Below are positions 44,619 to 56,503 of a DNA stretch of 64,000 nucleotides, piece by piece. Source of the stretch: an uncultured cyanobacterium (GTDB taxonomy: Bacteria > Cyanobacteriota > Cyanobacteriia > Cyanobacteriales > Cyanobacteriaceae); contig CAVQBA010000006.1 of the NCBI GenBank assembly GCA_963710605.1, positions 544,001-608,000 on the forward strand. The letters run 5' to 3'. The notes beneath the pieces were generated by a model. It did not search any database and was not told where the DNA came from. It saw only the letters and a list, made by a program, of their open reading frames with translations. Numbering within the stretch: the first letter of the stretch is position 1; each line of letters opens with the position of its first letter. The position numbers and the translations under genes were made by a program.

Positions 44619-46294
44619 ATGTCCAACGCTACCATCTACGGAAATTTAAAAGGTCTTAAGCCCAGTCAACTTAAACAATTACGTAAATTATACGAGCAAA
44701 ATGTCCAAAACGATCGTTTAACGACGGCAGATTTAGCCCAAAGAATAGCCATAATCAGTACCGAACTTAAAAAGCCTGTCAGCATCTATTTAAATCGTCG
44801 TGGTCAAGTGATTAGAGTCGGTGTCGGTACTCCTAGCCAAACACAGATTCCTCCTTTAGAATTACCTCGTTATGGTGCAAAACGCTTATCAGGGATTCGT
44901 TGTTTAGCAACTAATTTAAAAGGTAATCCACCTAGTGAAGCTAGTTTGACAGCGATGGTAAAACAAAGATTAGACGCTTTAATCATGTTTACCTTAACAG
45001 GTCAAGGTGTGATGCGTAAAGGCGGTGGTGCAAGCGGTTTTGTGCAGTCTGGATATTTAGCTAATTTATCACCGATACAAGATAGTCAAGAATATTGGCA
45101 AGTATCTCCAGCCCAAGAATTAGATGATATTGCAGAACAAGACTTTTTAGATTTAGTTAATAGTTTAGAAGCCGAATTTAGCCGAGAATATATCGCCCAA
45201 GAAGTCGGTGATGATCAAGAAAGAGTATTGTTAGTTGGTTTGATTGTTGATGGCATCGATGAAAAACAATTTGCTCAAACTTTACAGGAGTTAAATTTAT
45301 TGGTTGATAGTGCAGGAGGAAAAGTATTGGGTACATTAGAACAAAAACGCCCTCGCCCTCATCCACAAACTTTAGTTGGTGCTGGTAAAGTAGAAGAAAT
45401 TGCTCTACAGGTACAAACTTTAGGGGTTTCTCTTGTTGTTTTCGATCGAGAGTTGTCTCCTGCTCAAGTACGTAATTTAGAAACACAATTGGGGGTAAAA
45501 GTAGTCGATCGAACTGAGGTAATATTAGATATATTCGCTCAAAGGGCTCAATCTAGAGCTGGTAAATTACAAGTTGAATTAGCTCAACTAGAGTATCTGT
45601 TACCTCGCTTAACAGGTAGAGGGGCGGCAATGTCTCGTTTAGGTGGTGGTATCGGTACAAGGGGCCGGGGGAAACTAAGCTAGAAACCGAAAGAAGGGCG
45701 ATTCAGAAAAGAATTACTCGCTTACAACAAGAAGTAAATCAGTTACAATCTCATCGCTCTCGACTAAGACATCAACGTCAAAAACAAGAAATACCAACAG
45801 TAGCGATCGTCGGTTATACTAATGCTGGTAAATCAACATTGATCAATACTTTAACTAACGCTGAAGTTTATACAGCGAATCAACTTTTTGCTACTTTAGA
45901 TCCTACCACTCGCCGACTCTCGATTACAAATCAGGAAACAGGGGAATTTCGTACCCTTTTATTAACTGATACTGTGGGTTTTATTCATGAATTACCACCT
46001 CAGTTAGTCGATGCTTTTCGGGCAACTTTAGAAGAAGTAAGCGAAGCTGATGCTTTGTTACACGTGGTTGATTTATCTAATTCTTCATGGGAAAACCAAA
46101 TCAAATCGGTAAAAACTATTTTGGCAGATATGCCATTAGCACCAAATCAAGAATTAATTGTCTTTAATAAAATTGATGTTGCTGAAAGTGAAAATTTAGA
46201 AACTGCTAAAAATGAATATTCTCAAGCTATTTTTATTTCTGCTAGCGAACGTTTGGGTTTAGAGAATCTTCGTAGTCGTTTGATTAGTTGTTAA
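44619..46294 (+). CDS. hflX: GTPase HflX (long cyanobacterial form), frameshift near 45662
   Basis: ILDIFAQRA, GGGIGTRG[P]GETKLE, GYTNAGKST, LFATLDPT, DTVGFI, NKID. Confidence 0.93.
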
Positions 46295-46592
46295 ATCGAT
46301 CGTTTTTGTAGTTAAAACTTTCAACAATTTAAAATCTATATAGAGGCATTTAGGTTAAATTTTTCGCCAAAAAACATTAGTAGGTTGGGTAGAAGAATGA
46401 AACCCAACACCAAAAAATTCTAATCAGCCTAAAGTTGTTTCAATAAATTTATCATCACGGTAGTTACGGTTTAAAAATTTTCATTTTAGTTAAAACTCGA
46501 TCGAAATGATGATAATTGTTGGGTTGCACTCTGTTTAACCCAACCTACATTTTTTATCAACCACTTTAATTAAGCTTTTATTATTTTTGAAG

Positions 46593-46880
46593 TTAAAAAT
46601 ATCCTAAGTCAACTGGAAATTTTATAGATTTGCCTTGATAAAAATCACTAAGTAATCGATTAAAAACTTTCATCTGCCTCAAATTTTCCATTAATAATTG
46701 TACTAATTTATTGGGAGTAAAGTCTTGAGGCTCTCTATGGAATGGAAAAGCGATTATACCATCTTGATTATAGACATCAATTTGGTAATTTTCTATAATG
46801 TCATTCACAGATACAAATAAATAAAGTTTAGTATTTGTTTTGTCACGTTCAATATTAGTGATGACTATTCGTTTTTTCAC
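46593..46880 (-). CDS. Hypothetical protein
   Basis: 95-aa ORF between a REP pair and a MITE. Confidence 0.6.
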   Translation of the reverse strand: MKKRIVITNIERDKTNTKLYLFVSVNDIIENYQIDVYNQDGIIAFPFHREPQDFTPNKLVQLLMENLRQMKVFNRLLSDFYQGKSIKFPVDLGYF

Positions 46881-46912
46881 GATCGTATTTTGATTGATTA
46901 TTGTTTAAATAC

Positions 46913-47021
46913 TATAGCCTTTCCCATGTTTACGAGGTAGAATAAAAAATGGTAAGTCCCCCTTACTAAGGGGGATTTAGGGGGATCGAGAATGTACTTG
47001 ATAATGGTTAAAATTGCTATA
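46913..47021. mobile_element. TATA-flanked MITE, family B
   Basis: Inverted homologue of 44070-44270. Confidence 0.65.
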
Positions 47022-47063
47022 TCGTTTCCATTCTATATCCTAACTATCAACTATCAACTATTA

Positions 47064-48665
47064 TTAATACGCTTGAAGCTCATCAAATAAAGGCACTTCG
47101 GTTAAATTATCTCCTTGATAAATGATAAAAGTTTCTACAGTTTCTCCAGAGCGAACGATCGGTATCGTAGTAACATATTGCCAATCGGTAAAATAAGGGC
47201 TATAGTCATGATCAGAATATTGATCTTGAGCAAAAGTTGCTGAGGTAATATAAATCCCTCGTTTACCAATTAATTTATCCATCGGATACCAATACAAAAA
47301 ACCACGACTATCATAACCAAAACAAGTAATCGGTATTTGAGAAATCGGGGCAAGTGCCATCCCTATATATCCACCCAAAAAATATTGATTAGTAAAAATA
47401 AAATCTGCATCCTTTAACGCCTCAATAAATTCAGGTGAAGATTCTAATCGATTTCTCAACTGCCTCACATCAATCAATTCTGTAGAAGGATCATTTTTAG
47501 GATTAATTATGCCTGAAAAGAACAAATTTTGATTCGGTTTTTGCAGTATAGCTAAATTCAAATGTAAAAGAACTATCAGTATAGTTGTATTGATAATTAA
47601 ACCAGATAACAAAAACCAACGTTGAATAAATTTTGGCGATAAATGAGCTTTGTCAATATAATTACCTAAGATTAAACTCAAACCCCAAAACCCCGGCATT
47701 GCCCAAGTTGGTAAAATTTGAGCCACTGCACCTAAAAGAGTAAAACCAACAGTTAAAGGTAAAGATAGCCAGAGAATTAGACGATAACGATAATTGGGTT
47801 TATTAACTATTTCTCGCCAAAGACTTTTACCACTTATCCACCACAAAGGAAAACCAAAACTAGGAAACAAATAACTACTGCCGACTAAGGCGACGATGAT
47901 AATTTGTAAAGGATTAATAGACAAACTTTTTTCTTCAGGAGACTGAAAACGCCCTGATAACTGAAAAGTAAATGAAATCCATTCATGTTGCGAATTCCAA
48001 TACAAAAGCGGGAAAAGAGTAATGATAAAAGCAATTACACTCCAAAATAACCAATGAGAAGTAAAGACACGACGATAAGGCTGATTAAATAAACAAAAGC
48101 CAATTAATCCTAACCCCAAAATAAAACCGTGATATTTACTCAAACAAGCTAAACCAACACCAATACAGATAAAAATAAGGCGATAACTAGGTTCGTATTT
48201 TTGCTCAGGTAAATCAATAAAAAACTCATCAACGGCAAACCATAAAGTTAATGTCCAAAAAAAAATTAACGGTACATCTGGTAAGGTAAGCACTCCAAAA
48301 GCAACTGAAAAGATAGGGATTAGAGAGCAAATAATTAAGGTAAATAAGGCACTTCGATGATTAAATAATTTTTTGCCTGTAAGGTAAAGTAAATAAAGAC
48401 TTAAAGTGAATAATATTAAAGTACCTATCCTGATGGTAAATTGATTAACGATACCTGTTATCCAAACACCAAAACCCGTAGTAAGAGAAACCATTAAAGG
48501 ATGATCGAAATAACTCCAATCTAAATTTTGGCTATAAAGATAATAATAAGCTTCGTCATATCCTGGATATAAATTGAGAGCGATTAAAATTCGGATAATT
48601 AGTCCAACTAAAAGAGTTATAATTACCGAGTGTGGTGAATCCAGCCAGTTTTGTTTGAAAATCAT
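47064..48665 (-). CDS. ArnT/GT39-like membrane glycosyltransferase
   Basis: DEAYY, YFDHP, LSKY and many TM helices. Confidence 0.85.
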   Translation of the reverse strand: MIFKQNWLDSPHSVIITLLVGLIIRILIALNLYPGYDEAYYYLYSQNLDWSYFDHPLMVSLTTGFGVWITGIVNQFTIRIGTLILFTLSLYLLYLTGKKLFNHRSALFTLIICSLIPIFSVAFGVLTLPDVPLIFFWTLTLWFAVDEFFIDLPEQKYEPSYRLIFICIGVGLACLSKYHGFILGLGLIGFCLFNQPYRRVFTSHWLFWSVIAFIITLFPLLYWNSQHEWISFTFQLSGRFQSPEEKSLSINPLQIIIVALVGSSYLFPSFGFPLWWISGKSLWREIVNKPNYRYRLILWLSLPLTVGFTLLGAVAQILPTWAMPGFWGLSLILGNYIDKAHLSPKFIQRWFLLSGLIINTTILIVLLHLNLAILQKPNQNLFFSGIINPKNDPSTELIDVRQLRNRLESSPEFIEALKDADFIFTNQYFLGGYIGMALAPISQIPITCFGYDSRGFLYWYPMDKLIGKRGIYITSATFAQDQYSDHDYSPYFTDWQYVTTIPIVRSGETVETFIIYQGDNLTEVPLFDELQAY

Positions 48666-48900
48666 TAATTATTAACTAAATCAGGCTAATATATAGCAAT
48701 TGGCAATTGACGATCGACGGTTGACAATAAATTCGATGGTAATTTAGTCTTCTGTGAGTAAAAGCCAAAAATAATTATAGCAACTAATTATGGTTTTTTT
48801 AAGTCTATCTAAATTGATAAATGCTTTATTTTTTGCGACAATTATTGTATTAGTTAGGTAGTTTTTATTATTGGTAAGTTAATCTATTATTTTAAATCGA

Positions 48901-50034
48901 ATGCGTTTTTTTAAACTATCTATCTTCGATATTTATTTAATCAAAGAGTTAGTCCCAATCTTTATTTTTAGTGTTGCTATTTTTTCGAGTTTGGGAGTTT
49001 CGATTGCTACTTTATCAGATTTAAGTTACAAAATAACCAATTCTAACTTACCTTTTATTTATGCTCTTGAAATATTTCTGTTGAAAATTCCCGAATACAT
49101 TGCTTATGCTTTACCTATTTCGGTTTTATTAACTACTTTAATCACTTATAGTCGTTTGAGTAAAGATAGCGAATTAATTGCTTTTCGTAGTTGTGGTTTA
49201 AGTCTTAAAAGAATAATTATTCCTGCCTTGTTTTTAAGCATCTTAGTGATGATAATCACTTTTCTTTTTAATGAGCAAATCGTACCTCGGACTAATTATC
49301 AGGCGACTAAAATATTAGTAGCACAGATCAAAGAAGAAAGAACTTTCATGCTCAAAAGTGATATTTTTTATCCTGAATATGTCGAAATAAAAGAGGACAA
49401 TGGGCAAAATGTCAAGCAATTGAAAAGATTATTTTATGCTCAAGAATTTGATGGCTCAAATATGCAGTCTCTGACAATTTTAGATACTAAAAAATCAGGA
49501 TTAAACAAAGTAATTATCTCTGAAAAAGGTTCGTGGAATAACAAAAATAAAGTTTGGGATTTATTTAATGGTTTTGTTTATAATATCAGTGACGATCGAC
49601 TTGAGGCTGAGGGTTCGGCTTTTACCAAAATTCAAGTCGCTTTTCCTAAAACACCTTTAGATTTAGCTGTTAATAGTCGTGATCCTTATGAGATGAATAT
49701 AGCACAATCACAAGAGTATATTAAGCTTTTAAAATTACTTGGTGATGAAAAAACTATCTTAATGTTTGAAGTACGCACCGCTCAAAAAATATCTTTTCCT
49801 TTTGTCTGTATCATTTTTGGTTTAATTGGCTCATCTTTTGGTTGTCAACCTAATAATGCGAGTAAAGCAACTAGTTTTGGTTTGTGTGTAGCGATCGTTT
49901 TTGCTTATTATTTAAGTAGCTTTATTGTTGGTGGCTTTGGTTTAATCGGTGTAATCTCTCCTTGGATGGCGGCATGGATTCCTAATTTAGCTGGTTTGGT
50001 TATCAGTGGATATTTACTTAGTAAACCCGAATAA
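48901..50034 (+). CDS. LptF/LptG (YjgP/YjgQ) family permease
   Basis: DSELIAFRSCGLS, AAWIPN, TM layout. Confidence 0.9.
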   Translation: MRFFKLSIFDIYLIKELVPIFIFSVAIFSSLGVSIATLSDLSYKITNSNLPFIYALEIFLLKIPEYIAYALPISVLLTTLITYSRLSKDSELIAFRSCGLSLKRIIIPALFLSILVMIITFLFNEQIVPRTNYQATKILVAQIKEERTFMLKSDIFYPEYVEIKEDNGQNVKQLKRLFYAQEFDGSNMQSLTILDTKKSGLNKVIISEKGSWNNKNKVWDLFNGFVYNISDDRLEAEGSAFTKIQVAFPKTPLDLAVNSRDPYEMNIAQSQEYIKLLKLLGDEKTILMFEVRTAQKISFPFVCIIFGLIGSSFGCQPNNASKATSFGLCVAIVFAYYLSSFIVGGFGLIGVISPWMAAWIPNLAGLVISGYLLSKPE

Positions 50035-50128
50035 GGCTGTGAGTGAAGACACCTCGATATCGAAAATGACCAGTTAATTTTGTCGTTATAACCTATACTT
50101 TTTTTATTAATTAAATTCGATTACTAAC

Positions 50129-51040
50129 ATGATTAAAAAAACTTTACAGTTAAATGTTTTAGAAAACCCAGTTAGCTTAATTTTTGCTAGACATGAAACT
50201 TTTCATCCTCGTTGGGGATGGTTAAAAAAAGGTTTTGAAATGAGTAGTGTAGATTCTCATATATTTTTAGCTGACAACGCTCCAGTAAAATTGGGTGTAG
50301 GCAAAAATATGGTACGATTGCTCCGTTATTGGTGTCAGGCGTTTAAAATTACTAATAATGATGATACTCCCACTGAGTTTTCTAATAATTTACTAGGTGA
50401 TAATGGTTGGGATACTTATTTAGAAAATCCTGCTTCTTTATGGTTGTTACATTGGAATTTGCTTAAGCCTACTTGTACGGCTACTTCGTGGTATTACACA
50501 TTTAATCTTTTCAATGAAAATGAATTTAAAAAAGAGGATTTACATCGAGGTTTAGACAACTATCAACAAAAATTAGGTAAAGATGTGGCTCAATCTTCCT
50601 TAGATAAAGATGTAAGTTGCATTTTACGAATGTATGTAGAATCAAATAGTGATAGTCGTAATTTTATTGAGGATTCGATTGATTGTCCTTTTGTTGAGTT
50701 AGGATTAATTTATCAACCGAGTAATTCTAATTATTATTATTTTCAGGTAGGTAAAAAAACCAGTTTACCCGCAGAAATTATTGTCGCAACTTGTTTAGAA
50801 TATGCTAGTTGGGTAAGTGAGAGAGAAACAACTATTAGTGTTGCTAGATTGCTTTATGATAATAATAGCCCTGGTGTAGTTTTTAAATTATCACAAGAGG
50901 CTTTATATGAAGCTATAGAAATTGTTTGTCGCCGCTATCAAAATCTTGATTTAGCTGATACGGCTGGTTTGATTCAGTTGTCTTTTCCCGAAAAACCCGA
51001 ACATTTAGCTCAAAAAATTATTACCGATTACTATCAATAA
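50129..51040 (+). CDS. sspB: DUF4007 protein, SspB-like nickase
   Basis: FARHETFHPRWGWLKKG, LGVGKNMV, WLLHW, DTAGL; first gene of the ssp cluster. Confidence 0.85.
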   Translation: MIKKTLQLNVLENPVSLIFARHETFHPRWGWLKKGFEMSSVDSHIFLADNAPVKLGVGKNMVRLLRYWCQAFKITNNDDTPTEFSNNLLGDNGWDTYLENPASLWLLHWNLLKPTCTATSWYYTFNLFNENEFKKEDLHRGLDNYQQKLGKDVAQSSLDKDVSCILRMYVESNSDSRNFIEDSIDCPFVELGLIYQPSNSNYYYFQVGKKTSLPAEIIVATCLEYASWVSERETTISVARLLYDNNSPGVVFKLSQEALYEAIEIVCRRYQNLDLADTAGLIQLSFPEKPEHLAQKIITDYYQ

Positions 51041-51148
51041 CTAGGAATGAGTAATGATAATTGATAATTGATAATTGATAACTAAGAATTTAACTCTTGC
51101 ATTTTGCCTCTTGCCCCTTTGCCCTTTTAACTTTCAGTTTATTTGTTT

Positions 51149-54100
51149 ATGACTAATTTTCAATTATCTCATTATTTTAGTTTAGATAGACGTTACAATA
51201 GATCGATTAATTTAGAAAGAGATATAGATGATTTATCAGCTTTAGATGGTTATATTTTAACTGATAAAGCGATCGATGTTTTAGGTAGAATTAGTAAAGG
51301 ATTGACAGAAGAAAATCAAAATAACTGTTGGACTTTAACAGGAGTATATGGTACGGGAAAATCAGCTTTTACACATTACTTGGTTTCTTTATTAGCACCA
51401 CAACAAAGCGATTTGAAGCAAGAAGCTGTTGCTATTACTAACAAGACTTTTTCTGCCGATATTTCTGAGGATAATTCATATAATAAACTGATTCATACAC
51501 TATCACAAAGAAATCTATTTAGAGCAGTTGTAGTCGGACAAAGAGAGCCGATTACTTATACAATTATTAGAGCTTTAATTAACGGTTATAATTATTTTTG
51601 GCAAGAAGATAAAAATCATAAAAAAAATAAATTATTTAAGCAAATTAAACAGTTAGAAAAAAAGATAGATAGTCGAGAAAGAATAGAGAATATTCAAGTA
51701 ATTTCTTTAGTTGAAGATATTATAAAACAGACTCAATTAGATCTTATTTTAGTCTTTGATGAATTAGGTAAAAATTTTGAATATGCAGTTTACGATCGAG
51801 GAGCAGAAGATTTATATTTACTACAACAATTAGCTGAATTAAAACTAGTTGATAATCATCGAGTTTATATTTTAGGTATTCTTCACCAAGCTTTTTCTGA
51901 ATATGGGCAAAGATTAGCGAAAGTACAACGTAATGAATGGGAAAAAATTCGGGGAAGATTTGAAGACATTGCTTTTACTCAATCTGCCGAACAAATGATG
52001 CGTTTGATGGGAGAAGCGATTAATAGTCAAAATACCGATGCCATCGCTGTTAGTGTTAATAATCATACTGAAGAATGGTTCGATCGTTTACAAAAGATTT
52101 TATCGATCGAAAGTATTGATAAATCTGTCTTAAAAAGCATTTATCCACTTCATCCAATAACCGCTTTAATTTTACCCACTTTATGTACTCGTTACGCTCA
52201 AAACGATCGTTCTTTATTTACCTTTTTAACATCAAGTGAGCCTTTTTCGTTACGTAATTTTTTAGAAGAAACAGAAATTGTAGGAGATACTTTACCTACT
52301 TTAAAACTCGATCGAGTTTATGATTATTTTATTGAAGCTACAGGGCTGAATTTAGCTTCTCGCCCTAACTTACAAAGATGGATTGAAATTCATGATTTGA
52401 TTGCTGATGCTAAAAGGTTAGATGAAGACAGCATAAAAATATTAAAAACGATCGGTATTCTTAATTTAGTCACGATTACAGGAGAAGCAAAAGCAACTCG
52501 TGATTTAGTCACCTCTAGTTTATGCGACTCTCCCGATGAAAATACAATTAATTATTGGCAAGACAAAATTAATACTTTAATTAAACAAGGTTTAATCACT
52601 GAAATCAAAGCCTTAAATGAATTAAGAATCTGGCAAGGATCGGATTTTAATGTCGATCTTCAATTAGAATATTATCTAGATCGAGAACAATCTAGTTTAG
52701 TTACGCTACTAACTCAACTACGTCCTTTAAAACCGATCGTTGCTCAACGTCATAGTTATAAAACAGGTACATTACGTTACTTTGAAAGACATTATCTTGA
52801 TTCATCAGATGATTTGAATCAGCTTCAATGCGACAGTGAAAGTGCCGACGGTTATTTAGCCTATTGGTTAGATGATGAAATACCCTCTTGTTTTCCCACC
52901 CAAACTCGATCGGGATTACCTGTAATAATAATTGCGGTTAGTAATTTATCAACTATACTTTTATGGGCAAGAGAATTTTCTGCCTTAACTCGCTTGAATA
53001 AAGAAGCTAAAGAATTGCAGTCTGATGGAGTTGCCAGAAGAGAAGTTCGTTATCGCCTAGTAGAAACAGAAAAACATTTAAACGAAACCTTAGATAATGC
53101 TTTTGATTTGAATGGTGGTAATAAATCTTGGATTCAGGGAGAATTAGTTAATCTTACTTCGGCTAGTAAATTAAATCTACAATTATCTCGTCTGTGCGAA
53201 CAAGTTTTTTACCAAAGTCCGATTCTTTGGAATGAACTAATCAACCGTCGTAACCTAACATCTCAAGGTACAAAAGCAAGAAGAGAGTTAATCTCTGCCA
53301 TGATTAATAATCAAGAACAAGCTAAACTAGGTTTAACGGGATACGGTCCTGAAGTGACTATGTATTATTCTCTTTTACAAGAAACTCAAATTCATCGTCA
53401 TCAAACCGCTGATTTACAAACAGAAGAAGAAAGTGGATGGAGTTTTTATCCACCAAAAACTGAGAATAAAACTAACCCTAGTATAGAAGGATTATGGAAA
53501 GCGATCGAGGATTTTTGTCTATCTGCTACAGAAAAACCACAAACCTTAGATAAACTGTATCAGCAATTATCCGCACCACCTTTAGGGGTTAAAGAAGGAA
53601 TAATACCCGTACTTTTATGTGCCGTGCTACTCTATCATCGTGATGATGTTGGTATTTATCAAGATGGTACGTTTGTTCCTGTATTAGGGGATCATCATTT
53701 TGAATTATTGGTAAAAAATCCTGAGCGTTACGCAGTTAAGTATTTTGCGATTGAAGGATTGAGAGCAGAAGTTTTTCAAGAATTAGAAGCGATTTTGCGT
53801 AACCCGAAAGTAAAAACAAAGGAAAATATTCGCAATGCTACTTTATTAACTGTAGTGACACCTCTATATCAATTTGTCAAACAGCTACCTCGTTATACTT
53901 TACAAACCGATCGATTGAGTAAGGAAGCAACAAAAGTATTAAAGGCTTTACAAAAAACAATTGAGCCTGATGAATTATTATTTGAAGATTTACCCTCTGC
54001 GTTTAATCTACCATCGATCGGTACAGGAGAAGGTGATGATGGTGTTACGGCAAAAACTTTAAAAACTCAGTTAATCAATGCCTTAAGAGAAATTAACCGT

Positions 54101-54628
54101 GCTTATGAGACTCTTTTAAATGAGTGTCAATCCTTACTGAAAGATGCTTTTGCGGTGAGTATTGAAGAGAAAAAACTCAGAGAAGATTTACAAACAAGGG
54201 CTAATTATTTAACAGATAAATGTGTCGAACCGATTTTAAAGCGTTTTACTCAAGCTGTAGTTGATGAATCTAAAAACGATCGGCAATGGTTAGAATCTTT
54301 AGTGATGATTATAGCTGATAAACCATCCGAATCTTGGACAGATGAAGATTTTAGTATCTTTGAACTCAATTTAGCTGATGTTGCCCGTCGCTTTGAGAAT
54401 TTAGAAGTATTACAAAAAGAAGTTAAAGTCGATAATAACAGTATCTCTGCCCGACGTATTACCGTAACCCGCCCCGATGGTCAAGAAACAAATAGGATGG
54501 TGTGGATAGACAAAGAAAGAGATTCGCAAGCAGAAGAATTAGTTAATGAAATATTACAAAAATTACCAAAAGACCAACAGTTAAGAGAAACAATCCTCGC
54601 TAAACTCACAGAGCGACTTTTCCTGTAG
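51149..54628 (+). CDS. sspC: Large P-loop ATPase, SspC-like
   Basis: RSINLERD, Walker A GVYGTGKS, Walker B VFDELGK, YPLHP, QNDRSLF. Confidence 0.82.
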   Translation: MTNFQLSHYFSLDRRYNRSINLERDIDDLSALDGYILTDKAIDVLGRISKGLTEENQNNCWTLTGVYGTGKSAFTHYLVSLLAPQQSDLKQEAVAITNKTFSADISEDNSYNKLIHTLSQRNLFRAVVVGQREPITYTIIRALINGYNYFWQEDKNHKKNKLFKQIKQLEKKIDSRERIENIQVISLVEDIIKQTQLDLILVFDELGKNFEYAVYDRGAEDLYLLQQLAELKLVDNHRVYILGILHQAFSEYGQRLAKVQRNEWEKIRGRFEDIAFTQSAEQMMRLMGEAINSQNTDAIAVSVNNHTEEWFDRLQKILSIESIDKSVLKSIYPLHPITALILPTLCTRYAQNDRSLFTFLTSSEPFSLRNFLEETEIVGDTLPTLKLDRVYDYFIEATGLNLASRPNLQRWIEIHDLIADAKRLDEDSIKILKTIGILNLVTITGEAKATRDLVTSSLCDSPDENTINYWQDKINTLIKQGLITEIKALNELRIWQGSDFNVDLQLEYYLDREQSSLVTLLTQLRPLKPIVAQRHSYKTGTLRYFERHYLDSSDDLNQLQCDSESADGYLAYWLDDEIPSCFPTQTRSGLPVIIIAVSNLSTILLWAREFSALTRLNKEAKELQSDGVARREVRYRLVETEKHLNETLDNAFDLNGGNKSWIQGELVNLTSASKLNLQLSRLCEQVFYQSPILWNELINRRNLTSQGTKARRELISAMINNQEQAKLGLTGYGPEVTMYYSLLQETQIHRHQTADLQTEEESGWSFYPPKTENKTNPSIEGLWKAIEDFCLSATEKPQTLDKLYQQLSAPPLGVKEGIIPVLLCAVLLYHRDDVGIYQDGTFVPVLGDHHFELLVKNPERYAVKYFAIEGLRAEVFQELEAILRNPKVKTKENIRNATLLTVVTPLYQFVKQLPRYTLQTDRLSKEATKVLKALQKTIEPDELLFEDLPSAFNLPSIGTGEGDDGVTAKTLKTQLINALREINRAYETLLNECQSLLKDAFAVSIEEKKLREDLQTRANYLTDKCVEPILKRFTQAVVDESKNDRQWLESLVMIIADKPSESWTDEDFSIFELNLADVARRFENLEVLQKEVKVDNNSISARRITVTRPDGQETNRMVWIDKERDSQAEELVNEILQKLPKDQQLRETILAKLTERLFL

Positions 54629-54642
54629 GGCGATGCACTGCC
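54625..54642 (+). repeat. REP unit; perfect 18-bp inverted partner at 60524-60541
   Basis: GTAGGGCGATGCACTGCC versus GGCAGTGCATCGCCCTAC. Confidence 0.9.
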
Positions 54643-54792
54643 GAGCAAATAAACTGAGCAAGAAATTCTGTTAGTAAATTAAACAGTCAATACTCACTCT
54701 ACCAAGATTCAAATTATTCTCATAATTAATTTTGCTATGATTAAATTTAGATAAAAACTAATGAATAAAGACTAGATTTTAATCATTATGAT

Positions 54793-55101
54793 ATGCACTT
54801 AATTTCTGCTGGTAAACTTAAACAAATAGCATCGAAATACCCTGATGTAACGAAAAATATTCAGGCTTTTTGTAAAACTATCAAAAAAGCTCAGTGGAAG
54901 AATTTACTCGATACACAAAAAATATATCGAGATGCCGAAGCAGTGGAAAATTTTACTGTGTTTAATATAAAAGGTAATAAATACCGTTTAATTATCGATA
55001 TTGATTATGAAGAACAAATCGCATATTTTAAATATTTTTTAACTCATTCAGAATACGATCGGGAGAAATGGAAAAATGACCCTTATTTTAAATCAAAGTA
55101 A
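54793..55101 (+). CDS. higB: HigB-family mRNA interferase toxin
   Basis: VFNIKGNKYRLI...FLTHSEYD. Confidence 0.9.
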   Translation: MHLISAGKLKQIASKYPDVTKNIQAFCKTIKKAQWKNLLDTQKIYRDAEAVENFTVFNIKGNKYRLIIDIDYEEQIAYFKYFLTHSEYDREKWKNDPYFKSK

Positions 55102-55495
55102 TTATTTTAAGCTATTAGAAGAAACACAAATCATTCCTAAAATAATTGAAAATGAAGAAGAATATGAAAAATATTTGAGAGTAGCAGAAAAATTAATTGC
55201 TAAAAAAAATAATAGAACTTTAGAAGAGACTATTTTGTTAAGATTAGTCGTTAAACTAATTGAGGATTACGAAGAGAGTATCTATTCTATTTCAGATTGG
55301 TGTAATCTTTCAGCCCACGATATTTTAGAACATTTAATAGAATCTAGTGGAATTAAGGAACAAGATTTAGTAGGTATTATCGGCTCACAAAAAACAGTTG
55401 ACGAATTTATTAATAACCGAAAAAAACTCAGCCAAATTGAAGCACAAGCATTAGGAAACTATTTTCAAGTTTGTCCTAGCTTATTTCAAGATTAA
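55076..55495 (+). CDS. higA: HigA-family HTH antitoxin
   Basis: PKIIENEEEYE, LIEDYE, C-terminal HTH; overlaps higB. Confidence 0.88.
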   Translation: MTLILNQSNYFKLLEETQIIPKIIENEEEYEKYLRVAEKLIAKKNNRTLEETILLRLVVKLIEDYEESIYSISDWCNLSAHDILEHLIESSGIKEQDLVGIIGSQKTVDEFINNRKKLSQIEAQALGNYFQVCPSLFQD

Positions 55496-55670
55496 GAGCA
55501 ATTATTTTCAACTAAAGTATAATCATTGATTTTCTACGATCGTTAAGATAATTATCGACAATATTTTACTTTGTATTGAAAGTCAATTAACATTTTTTCT
55601 TCCAACTCCTCTGCTCAGAATCTTGGTATCATACAAAAAGTAATAAAAAATTATCAAGTAAAACTCTTTC

Positions 55671-56471
55671 ATGAAAAGAAAGAAAACAAGACACGTTTTA
55701 GGCTTGAGTGGCGGAAAAGACAGTACAGCTTTAGCAATTTTATTACACAAAGAAATTCCTGAGATGGAATATTTTTTTTGTGATACCCATAAAGAATTGC
55801 AAGAAACTTATGACTATCTCGATCGTATTAAAGCTCGTTTGGGTATTAAAATTCATTATCTGTCTCCAGAAAGAGGATTCGATCATTGGTTAGCAATACA
55901 TGATGGTTTGTTACCTTCTTCTCAAATGCGATGGTGTACTGTCAAAATGAAAATTAAACCATTTGAAAAATTTGTGGGTGATGACAAGGCTATTAGTTAT
56001 ATCGGTATTCGTGCCGATGAAAATCGTGAGGGTTATATTTCGACTAAACCAAATATTAAGCCTGTATTCCCTTTTAAAGAAAGAGGTTTAGTTAAAGCAG
56101 ATATTCTACGACTATTAGAAGATAGTGGTATTGGTTTACCTGATTATTATCGTTGGCGAAGTCGCTCAGGTTGTTTTTTCTGTTTCTTTCAACGTAAGTA
56201 TGAATGGGTGATGTTAGCACAAGAGCATCCTGATTTGTTTGCTCAAGCCGTTGAATATGAGTCTAATCATAGAGATGGTAGAACTTATACTTGGACAGAA
56301 GGAGAGACATTATTGGAGCTTTTAGAGCGGAAAGATGAAATCATAACACATCATGAAAAAGCAATGTCTCGTAATCAAAAAGTATTACCGAATCGTCCTT
56401 TATCTGAATCATTGGAAGATGTTTTAAGTGAAGAAGATTCAGATTTACCTTGTTTAGTTTGCAATATATAG
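55671..56471 (+). CDS. sspD: PAPS-reductase-domain protein, SspD-like
   Basis: SGGKDS, RWCT, GIRADE, RSGCFFC, C-terminal CxxC. Confidence 0.85.
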   Translation: MKRKKTRHVLGLSGGKDSTALAILLHKEIPEMEYFFCDTHKELQETYDYLDRIKARLGIKIHYLSPERGFDHWLAIHDGLLPSSQMRWCTVKMKIKPFEKFVGDDKAISYIGIRADENREGYISTKPNIKPVFPFKERGLVKADILRLLEDSGIGLPDYYRWRSRSGCFFCFFQRKYEWVMLAQEHPDLFAQAVEYESNHRDGRTYTWTEGETLLELLERKDEIITHHEKAMSRNQKVLPNRPLSESLEDVLSEEDSDLPCLVCNI

Positions 56472-56503
56472 AAGTTTAATAATTCAACAAAAACTACAAA
56501 GAT

